Notes under the pieces: model-generated | Databases searched by the model: none | What the model saw: only the letters and a program-made list of their open reading frames with translations | Told to the model about the DNA's origin: nothing | Made by a program: the position numbers and the translations under genes | In this document: positions 20,875 through 31,300 of the stretch, one piece after another | Layout of the letters: every line of letters starts with the position of its first letter | How positions within the stretch are numbered: the first letter of the stretch is position 1 | IMG/VR virus record: IMGVR_UViG_3300029286_000012 | DNA: 64,000 nt | Source: a virus | Reading direction: 5' to 3' (one strand)

Positions 20875-22251
20875 TTAGATGACGATAGAATAATCCCCTT
20901 GGTTGTACCAACCTTCATATGACTTCATCCAAACGTTGTTGATATAATCAAATCTATACTGCAAATCAGTAGTAAGATTGGTTACGTATTCTACTGTAGT
21001 AGCAGATTGACTATCAAATGATACAAACCATTCACCTGATGTTGCGTCAAACTCAACAATGTCATTTGCATTTGCAATCAATGCTCCCCAAGCAATAGTA
21101 GTATTACCCGGACTACCCACATCTTCTACAATAAGATATCTACGACCGTTGATTGGTCCTGGCAGTCCTGCGTTTGGTCCAGTGACTAGTGGGTTAACCA
21201 CGCTGTCTACAGGATCCAATGTGTTTTGTGGCAGGGTGTCAGTATCAATATCATATATTAACAATCTATCATCTGTTGGGTCAGGAACAATAGTACCAAC
21301 AATGTCGGTAGTCATAAATGGATTTTGTAACCATATTTGACTGATACCGGGACGTAATGTACCGTATACGTTTAACAATGCGGTCCAATATAAACTTGTA
21401 TCTGGTGGAGGTGGATATTCTAAACTCTCATTACTTGGATAGAATGCTTCATCTGCAGGTAGTAATTGTAATCTATTACCAATCAGTAACAACTTATATC
21501 CATATGGTGTAATCTTTTGTCGAGTACCTAACAACAAATCATCATCTTGAATATCTTGTAATGCTTGACCTTTAAAGATACTAGCAATAACTTTTTCGAT
21601 AACGCCCATCTTTTTAAGTTTAGCGGCATTACTTAGCCATATAGGCATATAAAACTTCCAACTTAATACATCAATGGGATTACCTGTACCTTGTGGGATA
21701 CTACGGCTGGTAAATGTTATACCATCTTGGTAAACAACACTTAAACTAGTCCAATCAATAAAGTTATCAGTACTTTGTATCTCTAATGAAGGATTGAATA
21801 ATGTTCCCAATTGCTCTATTAGTTCTAATTTTTGTTGGTAGTTAGTAGTCCAGAAGTCAACATTAATACGTAATGTATAGGGTACAGGCATCAATCGTTC
21901 AATCGTAAATGCTTGACCTTGAACTTGCTCATATTGTTGTGTTTCAGTATTATAACTACGTTGTCTAACCTGCATCTTGTCAATGAATGTAGGATCTTGT
22001 GTACGTTTTTGGTCGTACTCTAATGCACTGATATAATATGTAATCAATGGCGCACTTGGTAAGTTACTTGCACTATTGTTAGCAATGATAGTACTTGCTT
22101 GTCTACTACTATCACCATACATAATAGGTACACGAACAAATATTTCATTACCTGCAGGGTCTTTACCTTTAGTAACTTCCCAGTTACTGAATATTTTTGC
22201 AAACTGTATTAAAAATCTGCGTATCTGATTGTCATAGAAAAAGGCTGCCAT
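20875..22251 (-). CDS. Tail terminator / sheath stabilizer (gp15-like) with C-terminal extension
   Basis: FFYDNQIRR, VPIMYG, MPVPY, IEQL...FNP. Confidence 0.8.
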   Translation of the reverse strand: MAAFFYDNQIRRFLIQFAKIFSNWEVTKGKDPAGNEIFVRVPIMYGDSSRQASTIIANNSASNLPSAPLITYYISALEYDQKRTQDPTFIDKMQVRQRSYNTETQQYEQVQGQAFTIERLMPVPYTLRINVDFWTTNYQQKLELIEQLGTLFNPSLEIQSTDNFIDWTSLSVVYQDGITFTSRSIPQGTGNPIDVLSWKFYMPIWLSNAAKLKKMGVIEKVIASIFKGQALQDIQDDDLLLGTRQKITPYGYKLLLIGNRLQLLPADEAFYPSNESLEYPPPPDTSLYWTALLNVYGTLRPGISQIWLQNPFMTTDIVGTIVPDPTDDRLLIYDIDTDTLPQNTLDPVDSVVNPLVTGPNAGLPGPINGRRYLIVEDVGSPGNTTIAWGALIANANDIVEFDATSGEWFVSFDSQSATTVEYVTNLTTDLQYRFDYINNVWMKSYEGWYNQGDYSIVI

Positions 22252-22261
22252 AAGTTATTCT

Positions 22262-23968
22262 TTAAGGTGTTGGTGGAATTGAATCCGGGGCTATTGTAAG
22301 TATTGTACTTAATGCTTGTTTCTGAGTAGTAGTGGTACCATCTGTCAATACCGTTACATTACTATTATTTATGAAACTAGATTGTTGTGACAAATCTCCT
22401 GCAGTCATACCAGTTTGAGTCCTTACATTTTCTGATATTCTTACCCATAGACGACCATCCCAGCGATATAATAATTGCGGTAAGTAATCAATACGTAAGA
22501 AGTAATCACCCACTGCAGGATTTTGCGGGAATGCAATACCTGCACCAGTTGGGAAACCGTTAGGAGCAGTACCGTCACCGTCTAAGTAACCAGTTGTGTA
22601 ACCAAATGTTCGCGGGCTACTACGTGCAATGAACTGGAATCTAGGATCACTATCTGCACGATAGTCCATAGTATTTGGACCGTATGGTTCAGTACCAGTA
22701 AAGTTTGGAGCCTCTGGATTTTGGTCAGCAGTTGCGTATGTGTTATCAGCAGTACCATATGGACCTGTAATATTATAACCAATACTATCAACAGTTAATA
22801 CAGTATAACCAGATACTGGACCTGAACCAGAGTCGGTCAGTACAGGTAAAAGTGATGCAGTTCTTAACGAAAGTGTTGACCTAGGTGCAACTACACCACC
22901 ATCAACAGTCATGTCCCAAATAGACTGTGCTGAAGCTGCCGAAATTCTTAACACAGGACTAGCAGTTCTATACAATGAAGATTGTACCATTGAAACTGTA
23001 GCAACCGGTGGACCTGGATTAGGCACCACAACATTTATAGGTGGTGCAGGTTGATTGTATTTACCCGACAACTCTGTATTAGTTTCAAAGGTACCGTATG
23101 TAGGTACAATGTATAAGTTGTTTCTATCATAACCTGATTTAGGTACAAGTCGTGCAGCCTCTTGAAGTGCGGCATCATTAATAGCAATATTTTTATTATA
23201 CGTAGCAAGTATATCTTTAAGATTTGAAGCCGTATCTAACTCCCAATATGTTGTATTTGGTGGCATAGTGCCAGCCGGAACTTCTATTTTACTAATGTAA
23301 TTCTTATCACCAAATGTCATTACATAACCAGCTGGATATACTTTAGTGGGATCCCATAATCCTAAATAGTTATCTTGGTTAATCGGTTCTGCTAATATCT
23401 GACTAAATTCTTCACTATCAACTAATGGCTCACATTTAATACGCCACATATGTGGATACCAAGTTTGACTAAATCCCTCACTAGAAAAATTAGCATCAGT
23501 AATACTATAAAATCTTTTTAATGCTACCGGTATAGTTTCTGTTAATGGATTATAATCTAATAAGTGCGGTAATTCTAATACGTCACCTACCATTAGTTTC
23601 CGACCAACAATATCAATCATATCATTATAATGAACATTGATAAAGATAATATCGTTATTTAAAAACAATCCAAACTGACTTAAATCAAAGTCTAAATTCT
23701 GTACATTATAGTGGCCACGTAACCTATAAATGTTTGGATCATATGTTCTATCTCTATTTTCCAAGAATAATAAATCCTGAATATTGGTAGGATTTAAACT
23801 GTCATATTCTGGTTGAGTATAATCAATACTAGGTCCTTGATTAGTTGGACCTAAATATTTGTGAATGTATAAATCCGTGCCACCGACACGCAATTCTTCG
23901 GATATTGTTCTATCAAAGAACCGATAATCATTTTGTTTATTTGGGCGGTATAAGGATAACTTTGGCAT
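22262..23968 (-). CDS. Neck protein (gp14-like), extended
   Basis: LFLENRDR.Y, LSQFGL, GDVLELP; lies between gp13- and gp15-like genes. Confidence 0.65.
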   Translation of the reverse strand: MPKLSLYRPNKQNDYRFFDRTISEELRVGGTDLYIHKYLGPTNQGPSIDYTQPEYDSLNPTNIQDLLFLENRDRTYDPNIYRLRGHYNVQNLDFDLSQFGLFLNNDIIFINVHYNDMIDIVGRKLMVGDVLELPHLLDYNPLTETIPVALKRFYSITDANFSSEGFSQTWYPHMWRIKCEPLVDSEEFSQILAEPINQDNYLGLWDPTKVYPAGYVMTFGDKNYISKIEVPAGTMPPNTTYWELDTASNLKDILATYNKNIAINDAALQEAARLVPKSGYDRNNLYIVPTYGTFETNTELSGKYNQPAPPINVVVPNPGPPVATVSMVQSSLYRTASPVLRISAASAQSIWDMTVDGGVVAPRSTLSLRTASLLPVLTDSGSGPVSGYTVLTVDSIGYNITGPYGTADNTYATADQNPEAPNFTGTEPYGPNTMDYRADSDPRFQFIARSSPRTFGYTTGYLDGDGTAPNGFPTGAGIAFPQNPAVGDYFLRIDYLPQLLYRWDGRLWVRISENVRTQTGMTAGDLSQQSSFINNSNVTVLTDGTTTTQKQALSTILTIAPDSIPPTP

Positions 23969-24008
23969 AATAGTATTTATCGCAATGTCCTACGCTTGAA
24001 TCCTAAGG

Positions 24009-24037
24009 TTGACAATAAATATGGGTTGTGTTATAAT
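24009..24037 (+). promoter_or_regulatory. Consensus sigma70 promoter
   Basis: TTGACA-N17-TATAAT with TG before -10. Confidence 0.85.
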
Positions 24038-24063
24038 AATAAATCAATTCAAAGGAGTGCCTA

Positions 24064-25230
24064 ATGGCAACACGTAAGCGTAATACAGAGGACCATAGTC
24101 TAGTTAAAGCATTAAATCCACGTGATGTGGATGTACAACATTATGGAGATGAGCCGTTATTTGTACTACAACCGGATGAGGATAAACGCAGGGTTGCATT
24201 GATGCGTAGTTTTACTTGGTATCATCGTTTTTATGGGAAAAAAGATGCAAAAGAATTGCTTTCCCAATATTTAGAATTTCATAAACGTACCGATGATGCT
24301 AAAACAATGCGTAGGATTCACGAAAATGAATTTCTATTGACACTATGCTGGTTAGCACGTATGCAGTTACGTGGGCTAGAACTATCTGAACACGAGGAAC
24401 TGACACTTGGAAACGAAATCAATCGTTTGTTAAAGTTAGTACACAAACCAGAAGAAGAAAAAGTTGAAGTTGAAGCACCTGCTCGACCCAACATTCAAGA
24501 CATATTAAAAGAAAAAGCACGTGATGCCGCAGGTGAGCTTGAGGGATTGTTTGATGAATTCATCACATCCGGTGCACCTACAAAACATTCACTACGTCCA
24601 ATGGATGAAGTTGCTAAAAAGAATGTGATGCCACAACATATCAGTATTTTAACTGAAGTATGGAAAAAGAAATTGAATGAATTTGAAGAGGTAATTAAAG
24701 GAACTGATAGTCAATTGATTCAAGGTTACAATCATCTCAGTAAAATTCAATTAAAAAACATTGTTAAGTTTATTGAATTAGTTATCAATGACTTGAATAG
24801 TTATATCAGTGTTAAGAAGGCTGCAAAAGCTCCTAGGGCACGTAAAGCAGTACCTGTTGAGAAAATTGTATCTAAATTAAAGTATTTGAAAACATTTAAA
24901 GATACTGCAAATAAACTTGATTTAGTCAGTATTAGTCCTATCAAACTTCACGGTGCAAGTGAAGCGTGGGTATATGATAGTGCAAAACGCAAACTGCATC
25001 ACTATATCGCAGATGATTATAGCAAAGCATTTACGGTTAAAGGTAATACATTGCTAGGATTTGATACAGCAAAAAGTGAAGTTAAAACACTACGTAAACC
25101 TGCTGAACAATTAAAAGAAATTATGGGAAGTAAGCCGGCAGCTCGTAAATACTTTAACGACATTAAAGCAGTAGTTACTGCATCTAATGGCCGCTTTAAT
25201 GAGAATATGATTATACTAAAAGCGTTCTAA
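24064..25230 (+). CDS. Hypothetical protein (early/middle)
   Basis: AAGGAG RBS, consensus promoter; C-terminal KTLRKP, NGRFN. Confidence 0.7.
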   Translation: MATRKRNTEDHSLVKALNPRDVDVQHYGDEPLFVLQPDEDKRRVALMRSFTWYHRFYGKKDAKELLSQYLEFHKRTDDAKTMRRIHENEFLLTLCWLARMQLRGLELSEHEELTLGNEINRLLKLVHKPEEEKVEVEAPARPNIQDILKEKARDAAGELEGLFDEFITSGAPTKHSLRPMDEVAKKNVMPQHISILTEVWKKKLNEFEEVIKGTDSQLIQGYNHLSKIQLKNIVKFIELVINDLNSYISVKKAAKAPRARKAVPVEKIVSKLKYLKTFKDTANKLDLVSISPIKLHGASEAWVYDSAKRKLHHYIADDYSKAFTVKGNTLLGFDTAKSEVKTLRKPAEQLKEIMGSKPAARKYFNDIKAVVTASNGRFNENMIILKAF

Positions 25231-25287
25231 AACAGCGATATCTAAGGATCATTAGTTTCCTGATAAATACAACATCAGGAAACTAAT

Positions 25288-26085
25288 ATGACTATATCTG
25301 CAACAGCAAACATTCTTTCTACACCAACTGGTTTAACACTAGATGAGTTGAAACAAGCATTATTCAGTAATCTACGTTATAGATTGGGTGATGGCATTAT
25401 TGACCTTGAGTTAGATCCTCAACATTACGAAGCGGCATACAACTACGCAATAAAAGTATATCGTCAACGAGCGCAAAATGCTACGGCAGAGTCATACACA
25501 CTAATGACAGTTGTAAAAAACGTGGACACTTACACATTGCCACAAGAGTTTATCAATGTTCGTTGTATCTATCGTAGAACAGTTGGATTAGAGACTGGAC
25601 CGGGAGCAAGCAGTTTTGATCCATTCAGTTCAGCTATATTAAACACTTATCTATTAAACTATAACTATGCAGGTGGTATGGCAACATATGACTTTTATGC
25701 TGGTTATGTAGAACTAGCCGCACGTATGTTTGGTGGATATGTAATCTATACATTCGATCCAGTTACAAAAGTAATACGTATTGTTCGTGATCCAAAAGGT
25801 AGTGGTGAGCGTGTTCTTATTTGGGCTGACGTACAAAGACCAGAAGAAGTGTTACTACAAGATCCGGGTGCTGGTGTATGGATTGGTGACTTCATTTTAG
25901 CTAACTTAAAACTAATCATTGGTGAGGCACGTGAGAAGTTTGGTACTATCGCAGGTCCAGGCGGCGGCACAACATTAAACGGTACAGCTATGAAAGCTGA
26001 AGGCAAAGCCGCAATGGAACAACTATACGATGAACTAAAACGTTATGTAGATTACAGTCAGCCATTGACTTGGGTACAAGGTTAA
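25288..26085 (+). CDS. Neck protein (gp13-like)
   Basis: RLGDGIIDLELD, GEAREKF, PGGGTTLNG. Confidence 0.85.
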   Translation: MTISATANILSTPTGLTLDELKQALFSNLRYRLGDGIIDLELDPQHYEAAYNYAIKVYRQRAQNATAESYTLMTVVKNVDTYTLPQEFINVRCIYRRTVGLETGPGASSFDPFSSAILNTYLLNYNYAGGMATYDFYAGYVELAARMFGGYVIYTFDPVTKVIRIVRDPKGSGERVLIWADVQRPEEVLLQDPGAGVWIGDFILANLKLIIGEAREKFGTIAGPGGGTTLNGTAMKAEGKAAMEQLYDELKRYVDYSQPLTWVQG

Positions 26086-26103
26086 ATAGGATTTTATAAT
26101 TAT

Positions 26104-26661
26104 ATGATGCGTGAATTTATTACTTTACTTGAAGATAAGAGTAAACCCCAAGACATAGAAATCATTCCACTAAACTTTACTGAAGGTGAACTTGCACCTG
26201 TACTTAGTAAAGATACAATAGAACTTCACTATGATAAATTAGCCAATGGTTATGCTGAACGTTATAATAAAGGCGAGGGTGATAAAGATTTTAACTATGC
26301 AGGTGCATTCTTACATAATACATTGTTTCCTCAGTTCCGCGAAGTTAGAAATAAAAACAATCCAAATGGCCCTATTATGGGATTTATCAACAAACACTAC
26401 GGTTCATATGATAATATGAAAGAACAGTTTGAAACTGAATTTATGAAGTTAGAAGGATCTGGTTGGCTATACCTAGCATATGATGGTAAGATTAAAACAA
26501 TTAAAAACCATGAAGTACGCAATGATATATTGTTATTAGTTGATAGGTGGGAACATGCTTGGATACTAGATTATGGTAGTGATAAGAAAAAGTATTTGAA
26601 AGAACAATGGAAGATTATCAATTGGAACGTAATCAATACTCGTTGGGGTAAGAGTCTATGA
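26104..26661 (+). CDS. sod: Fe/Mn superoxide dismutase-like protein
   Basis: ELHY, FLHN, GSGW, DRWEHAW (metal ligands H,H,D,H present). Confidence 0.85.
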   Translation: MMREFITLLEDKSKPQDIEIIPLNFTEGELAPVLSKDTIELHYDKLANGYAERYNKGEGDKDFNYAGAFLHNTLFPQFREVRNKNNPNGPIMGFINKHYGSYDNMKEQFETEFMKLEGSGWLYLAYDGKIKTIKNHEVRNDILLLVDRWEHAWILDYGSDKKKYLKEQWKIINWNVINTRWGKSL

Positions 26662-27167
26662 GAGCCAATGAGTTTATTGTAGAAGGTGTGGCGGAAGGCT
26701 CAGAACAAAAATATCTATGGCATGGTTCAAGACAAAAGATTCCTATGTTAGAACCACGCCAATCAGTTGATACAGGTGGTGCCGCAGGTAGCAATCAAAA
26801 TGCTATCTATGCTACCAGTGATCCTAAAGTTGCTATCGCAGTTGGTGGGTTAACTACTCCCGATTCAGATACCGCAATGTTTCCTAACGATCCACAGATG
26901 GTTTTGTTTAGTGGCAAGATTAGAAAAGGAGAAAATGTGTATCTACACAAACTACCTTTTTATAGTCTAGATGGTAAACCGCAGTTTGTTCAGGGTGCCC
27001 ATGACAGGGAATTTTATTCAATACCTGGAGTAAAAGGTATCAAGCCTACAGAAATAAAAGCAGTTCCGGTAGACAAATATCTTAATCTAATCAGGAAGGC
27101 AACTCCTGCTGATTTGGAATTGCGTAAAAAGAATATGAAAGAGCAAGGTGTGGCGGAAGATAATTAA
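26658..27167 (+). CDS. Putative ADP-ribosyltransferase-fold protein flanked by GVAE repeats
   Basis: LWHGS...IYATSD...EFYS (H-Y-E-like); MRANEFIVE N-terminus. Confidence 0.5.
   Translation: MRANEFIVEGVAEGSEQKYLWHGSRQKIPMLEPRQSVDTGGAAGSNQNAIYATSDPKVAIAVGGLTTPDSDTAMFPNDPQMVLFSGKIRKGENVYLHKLPFYSLDGKPQFVQGAHDREFYSIPGVKGIKPTEIKAVPVDKYLNLIRKATPADLELRKKNMKEQGVAEDN
26683..27159 (+). repeat. 15-bp direct repeat AAGGTGTGGCGGAAG (26683-26697 / 27145-27159)
   Basis: Identical copies 462 bp apart, same frame, encode G-V-A-E. Confidence 0.9.
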
Positions 27168-27226
27168 CCTAAACAGTTTACTTTATAACTCTCCTGTAGT
27201 ACAATATGTATTACAGGAGTTACCAT

Positions 27227-27859
27227 ATGATTATTGGAGTTACAGGATTAATTGGGTCAGGTAAAGATACAATTGCTGACTATCTTTGCACATTTCACGG
27301 GTTTAAGCGTGTTAGTTTTGCGGCTAGTTTAAAAGACGCAGTAGCAAGTGTCTTTGGTTGGAATAGAGAATACTTAGAAGGTTCAACTAAAACTAGTCGT
27401 GCTTGGCGTGAGCAACGTGATGAATGGTGGAGTAATCGTTTAGGTATGGAAATCACCCCACGATGGGTATTACAATATTGGGGAACAGAAGTCTGTCGTA
27501 ATAACTTTCATACTGATATCTGGGTGGCCAGCGTAGAAAACAAACTACGTCAGACTAATGATAACATTGTTATTACTGATTGTAGATTTGTCAATGAAGT
27601 TAAATCTATCAAAAGTGTCGGTGGCACTACTATGCGTGTGAGCAGGGGTGAACGCCCAATTTGGTATAGTGCCGCAGTTGATTATAACAATGAACCTGAA
27701 GGTAGCGAACAAAAACTAAAAGCTATGGTAGAGTTAGGTAACTATGCAGTTCACGCTAGTGAGTATAGTAGCATTGGTTTATTGTATGACTATTACATTG
27801 ATAACAATAGTACCATTGATGAGTTACACAAGCAAGTGAACTCAGTGGTCAACTTCTAA
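27227..27859 (+). CDS. Deoxynucleoside monophosphate kinase (gp1-like)
   Basis: GLIGSGKDT P-loop, FAASLK, TPRWVLQYWGTE, ITDCRF.NE, HASE. Confidence 0.9.
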   Translation: MIIGVTGLIGSGKDTIADYLCTFHGFKRVSFAASLKDAVASVFGWNREYLEGSTKTSRAWREQRDEWWSNRLGMEITPRWVLQYWGTEVCRNNFHTDIWVASVENKLRQTNDNIVITDCRFVNEVKSIKSVGGTTMRVSRGERPIWYSAAVDYNNEPEGSEQKLKAMVELGNYAVHASEYSSIGLLYDYYIDNNSTIDELHKQVNSVVNF

Positions 27860-28189
27860 GTCACCTCGACGCCAAGTTATTTCTTTACGCTTAACCACCT
27901 CAATACAACATAAGCAGACCGTTCGTAAATTAGTAAGAGCAATATTCTCTAAACTACCATCAATATGATATACTGTCATTTGAGTTGGGAACAAACTTTT
28001 AAAGCCACATAAGTCACACGTGGCTTTTTTCTTATAGCCACTTTTAGTCCAGTTTGCTTTTCTAGGCTTTAACTTCTTTTTCTTACGACCGCACTCATCG
28101 CACCCACTGCGATAGTGTGTAATACCCTCACGGATGTAATTCACTGCACAGTGATTTTTTCCGCAACTCTTACATATAGGTCTTAGCAT
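27842..28189 (-). CDS. Zn-binding HNH-like protein
   Basis: CKSC, CDEC, CDLC, HIDG...NL...CLCC. Confidence 0.7.
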   Translation of the reverse strand: MLRPICKSCGKNHCAVNYIREGITHYRSGCDECGRKKKKLKPRKANWTKSGYKKKATCDLCGFKSLFPTQMTVYHIDGSLENIALTNLRTVCLCCIEVVKRKEITWRRGDLEVDH

Positions 28190-28304
28190 ACAGTATTTAT
28201 TACCTTCGAAGGCACGGTAATACCGTCTTTTTTGAATTTTCTACTAAATAATAGTATGCAATTTAGGTAGTAAACCTCATAATTTTACATAAAGGAAAAA
28301 TAAA

Positions 28305-31300
28305 ATGGCATTAACATCTCCAGGCGTAGAAGTAACGATTACAGACGAAAGTCAATACTTACCGGCCGCAACAGGTTCAGTTCCGCTAGTTCTATTAGCA
28401 ACAGCACAAAATAAAGCAAACGCTAGCGGTACAGGAGTAGCAGTAGCTACTACGGCAGCTAACGCAAATAAATTATATCAGGTAACAAGTCAACGTGATT
28501 TAGTAAACTTATATGGTACACCTTTCTTCTATACAACGACAAATGGTACACCAATTCAAGGTTATGAATTAAATGAATACGGTTTGTTAGCGGCTTACTC
28601 TTTACTAGGAGTTACTAATCGTTGCTATGTACTACGTTGCGATATTGACCTAGCAAGTTTAGTTGGTCAAACTGGTCGCCCAACTGGTGCCCCAGCAGAT
28701 GGTACATATTGGTTGGACAGCACTACAAGTACTTGGGGTATCTATGAATTTAATGCAACAACCGGTCAGTTTGCACTACAATCCCCGATTGTTATCACTG
28801 ATAGTACTGACTTGTCTGGTGGTGTTCCTTTAGCGAGCATTGGTGCTATTGGTGATTATGCAGTTAATGCAATGCAAATAACAACTGATTCAACAGATGC
28901 AGAACGAACATATTATTATAAAACAACAGATAACGTGTGGGTTATATTAGGTAGTAGTGATTGGAAAAATGATACCCCTGCAGTTACATCAACTGTTTCT
29001 AATCCTACAATTTCGGCAGGCGGAACACTTGTTATTAATATGAGTGGTTTGTTCTCTGCTACTATTACCATTTCATCAGGTAATACCGTATCTACTATTG
29101 CAACCGCAATTAATAATCTAGGATGGACATACTTAAGTGCAGGAGTTAGAAGTGGTAAGTTATGTTTGTTTACTAGTCAACGTCTATCAGTTAGTGTTGG
29201 TACATCAAACGCTTATTTAGAAATTAGTGGGACAGGTTCATTCTCTGCATTAGGTATTAGTGCAGGAACGTACTATACTCCAATATTGACATACGGTACA
29301 AGTGCTCAAATGCCATTATGGACAAGCAGTCAATCACAGCCTCGTCCAACAGGTAGTGTTTGGCTTAAGGTAGGAGCAGCCGGTAATGGATTAGCACCTG
29401 TTATATCAAGATACAGTACTGCAACAGCATCATGGATTGCAAAAAATGTAACACTTGCTACTTCTGATTGGTCTGTGACTGCTGGGTTAGATGCAACAGG
29501 TGGACAAGCTATTCCTGCAGGAAGTATTTATGGTCAATATAATTACAATAATACCGGATCTACATCACCCTTATACTTCTGGGAAAGAGTTGCAACTGGC
29601 CCTACAGTAATAACAGGTAGTAATACAACTCCTGACTTCACAGCAGGTCCATATTATATGGATGTGTATGTTAGTGTTCCAGGAAGCAGTTCGTTAAGTA
29701 CAGCATATCAATTTACTCTTGCTGATAATACTGATGCTACTGATTTTGTAACAGCTTGGTACGCCGCTGGCATTCCATACACAACAGCAACAGTAACAAC
29801 AGAAGGTTCTATTCAGTTGACACATACTGAAGGTGGTGAAATTGTTATGGATGATACAGTAGATTCATCATTCGTTTCAACTGGAGTATCTAATGGATTA
29901 ATCACAGAAGCTGGCTTTATTATAGGTACAACATCTGGCGTTAAGTATGGTCCAACTGAATTTATAAGTTTAACTGGTATAGCACAAACTTCTACTAGTG
30001 GAAGTGGTTCAGCCGCAACATTCCAAGTACAAGCACTATACGGAGTTTATATTCTAAACAGTAGCGGTGTAACTGCAGGAGGAAGTGGATATGCAGTAGG
30101 AGATACAATTACAATTGCTGGTACAGTATTTGGTGGTGCAACACCCGCTAACGATTTAGTTGTTGAAGTAGCATCAATTTCCGGTGGAGGTGGAACTGGT
30201 CCTGTGACAGCAGTAACATATGTATCAGGCGCCCCTGTTGCACAATATAGAACTCAATTAAGTAACTGGGTTGAGTTTACATATACCGCTAACGAAGGTG
30301 CCCCGGTAACTGAACCTGCTAATAATACTAACTGGTTCTGGTCTGTAGTTGACCAAGTTGATATTATGGTTCAAAAAGGTGGTGCATGGATTGGTTATAA
30401 GAATACCAATTATGACACAACTGGTGCACCAGCTTCATCCGGTGCAAATACAACTGATCCAAATGGTCCTATCATTAGTGCTACTGCACCTACAACACAA
30501 AGTGATGGCACTGCACTAGTATATGGTGACTTATGGCTTGATACAAGTGATTTAGAATTATATCCTGTAATCAGTCGTTGGCAAGCAGTCAACGGTGAAG
30601 ATATGTGGGTATTAATCAATAATACTGACCAAACAAGTTCAACCGGAGTCTTATTCCAAGATGCACGTTGGGCAACAAATGGTAACACAAGTATTACCGA
30701 TGATCCAATTCCAACAATAGTTAGTTTATTATCAAGTAACTACTTAGATTTAGATGCTCCTAATCCAACACTATATCCACAGGGTATGTTGTTATTCAAC
30801 ACACGCCGTTCAGGTTATAATGTTAAACAATATCGTAGTAACTACCTTACACCAGCTAACTTCCCAGATGAAGGTAGCTATCCAACTGAAACAGCGGCTT
30901 GGGTTACAGTAAGTGGTAACACTGCAAATGGTGCTCCTTATATGGGACGTGCGGCACAACGTGCTATGGTTGTTCAAGCATTGCGTTCAGCAATTGATAC
31001 AAACACAGATATACGTGATGAAGATAATTACTTCAACTTGATGGCTACTCCTAATTATCCAGAACTACAACCTAACATGGTTGTATTGAATGCGGATCGT
31101 GGTGAGACAGGTTACATTATCGGTGATACTCCTTTAGGATTATCTGATAGTGCAACTGATATTCAAGCTTGGGCTAACAATGACGCAGGTGCTACATCAA
31201 CTGGTGAAACTGGTTTAGTTACACGTAATACATACTTGGGTCTATTCTATCCAAGTGGAATTACAAATGACTTGTCAGGTAACGAAGTTGTTGTTCCGGC

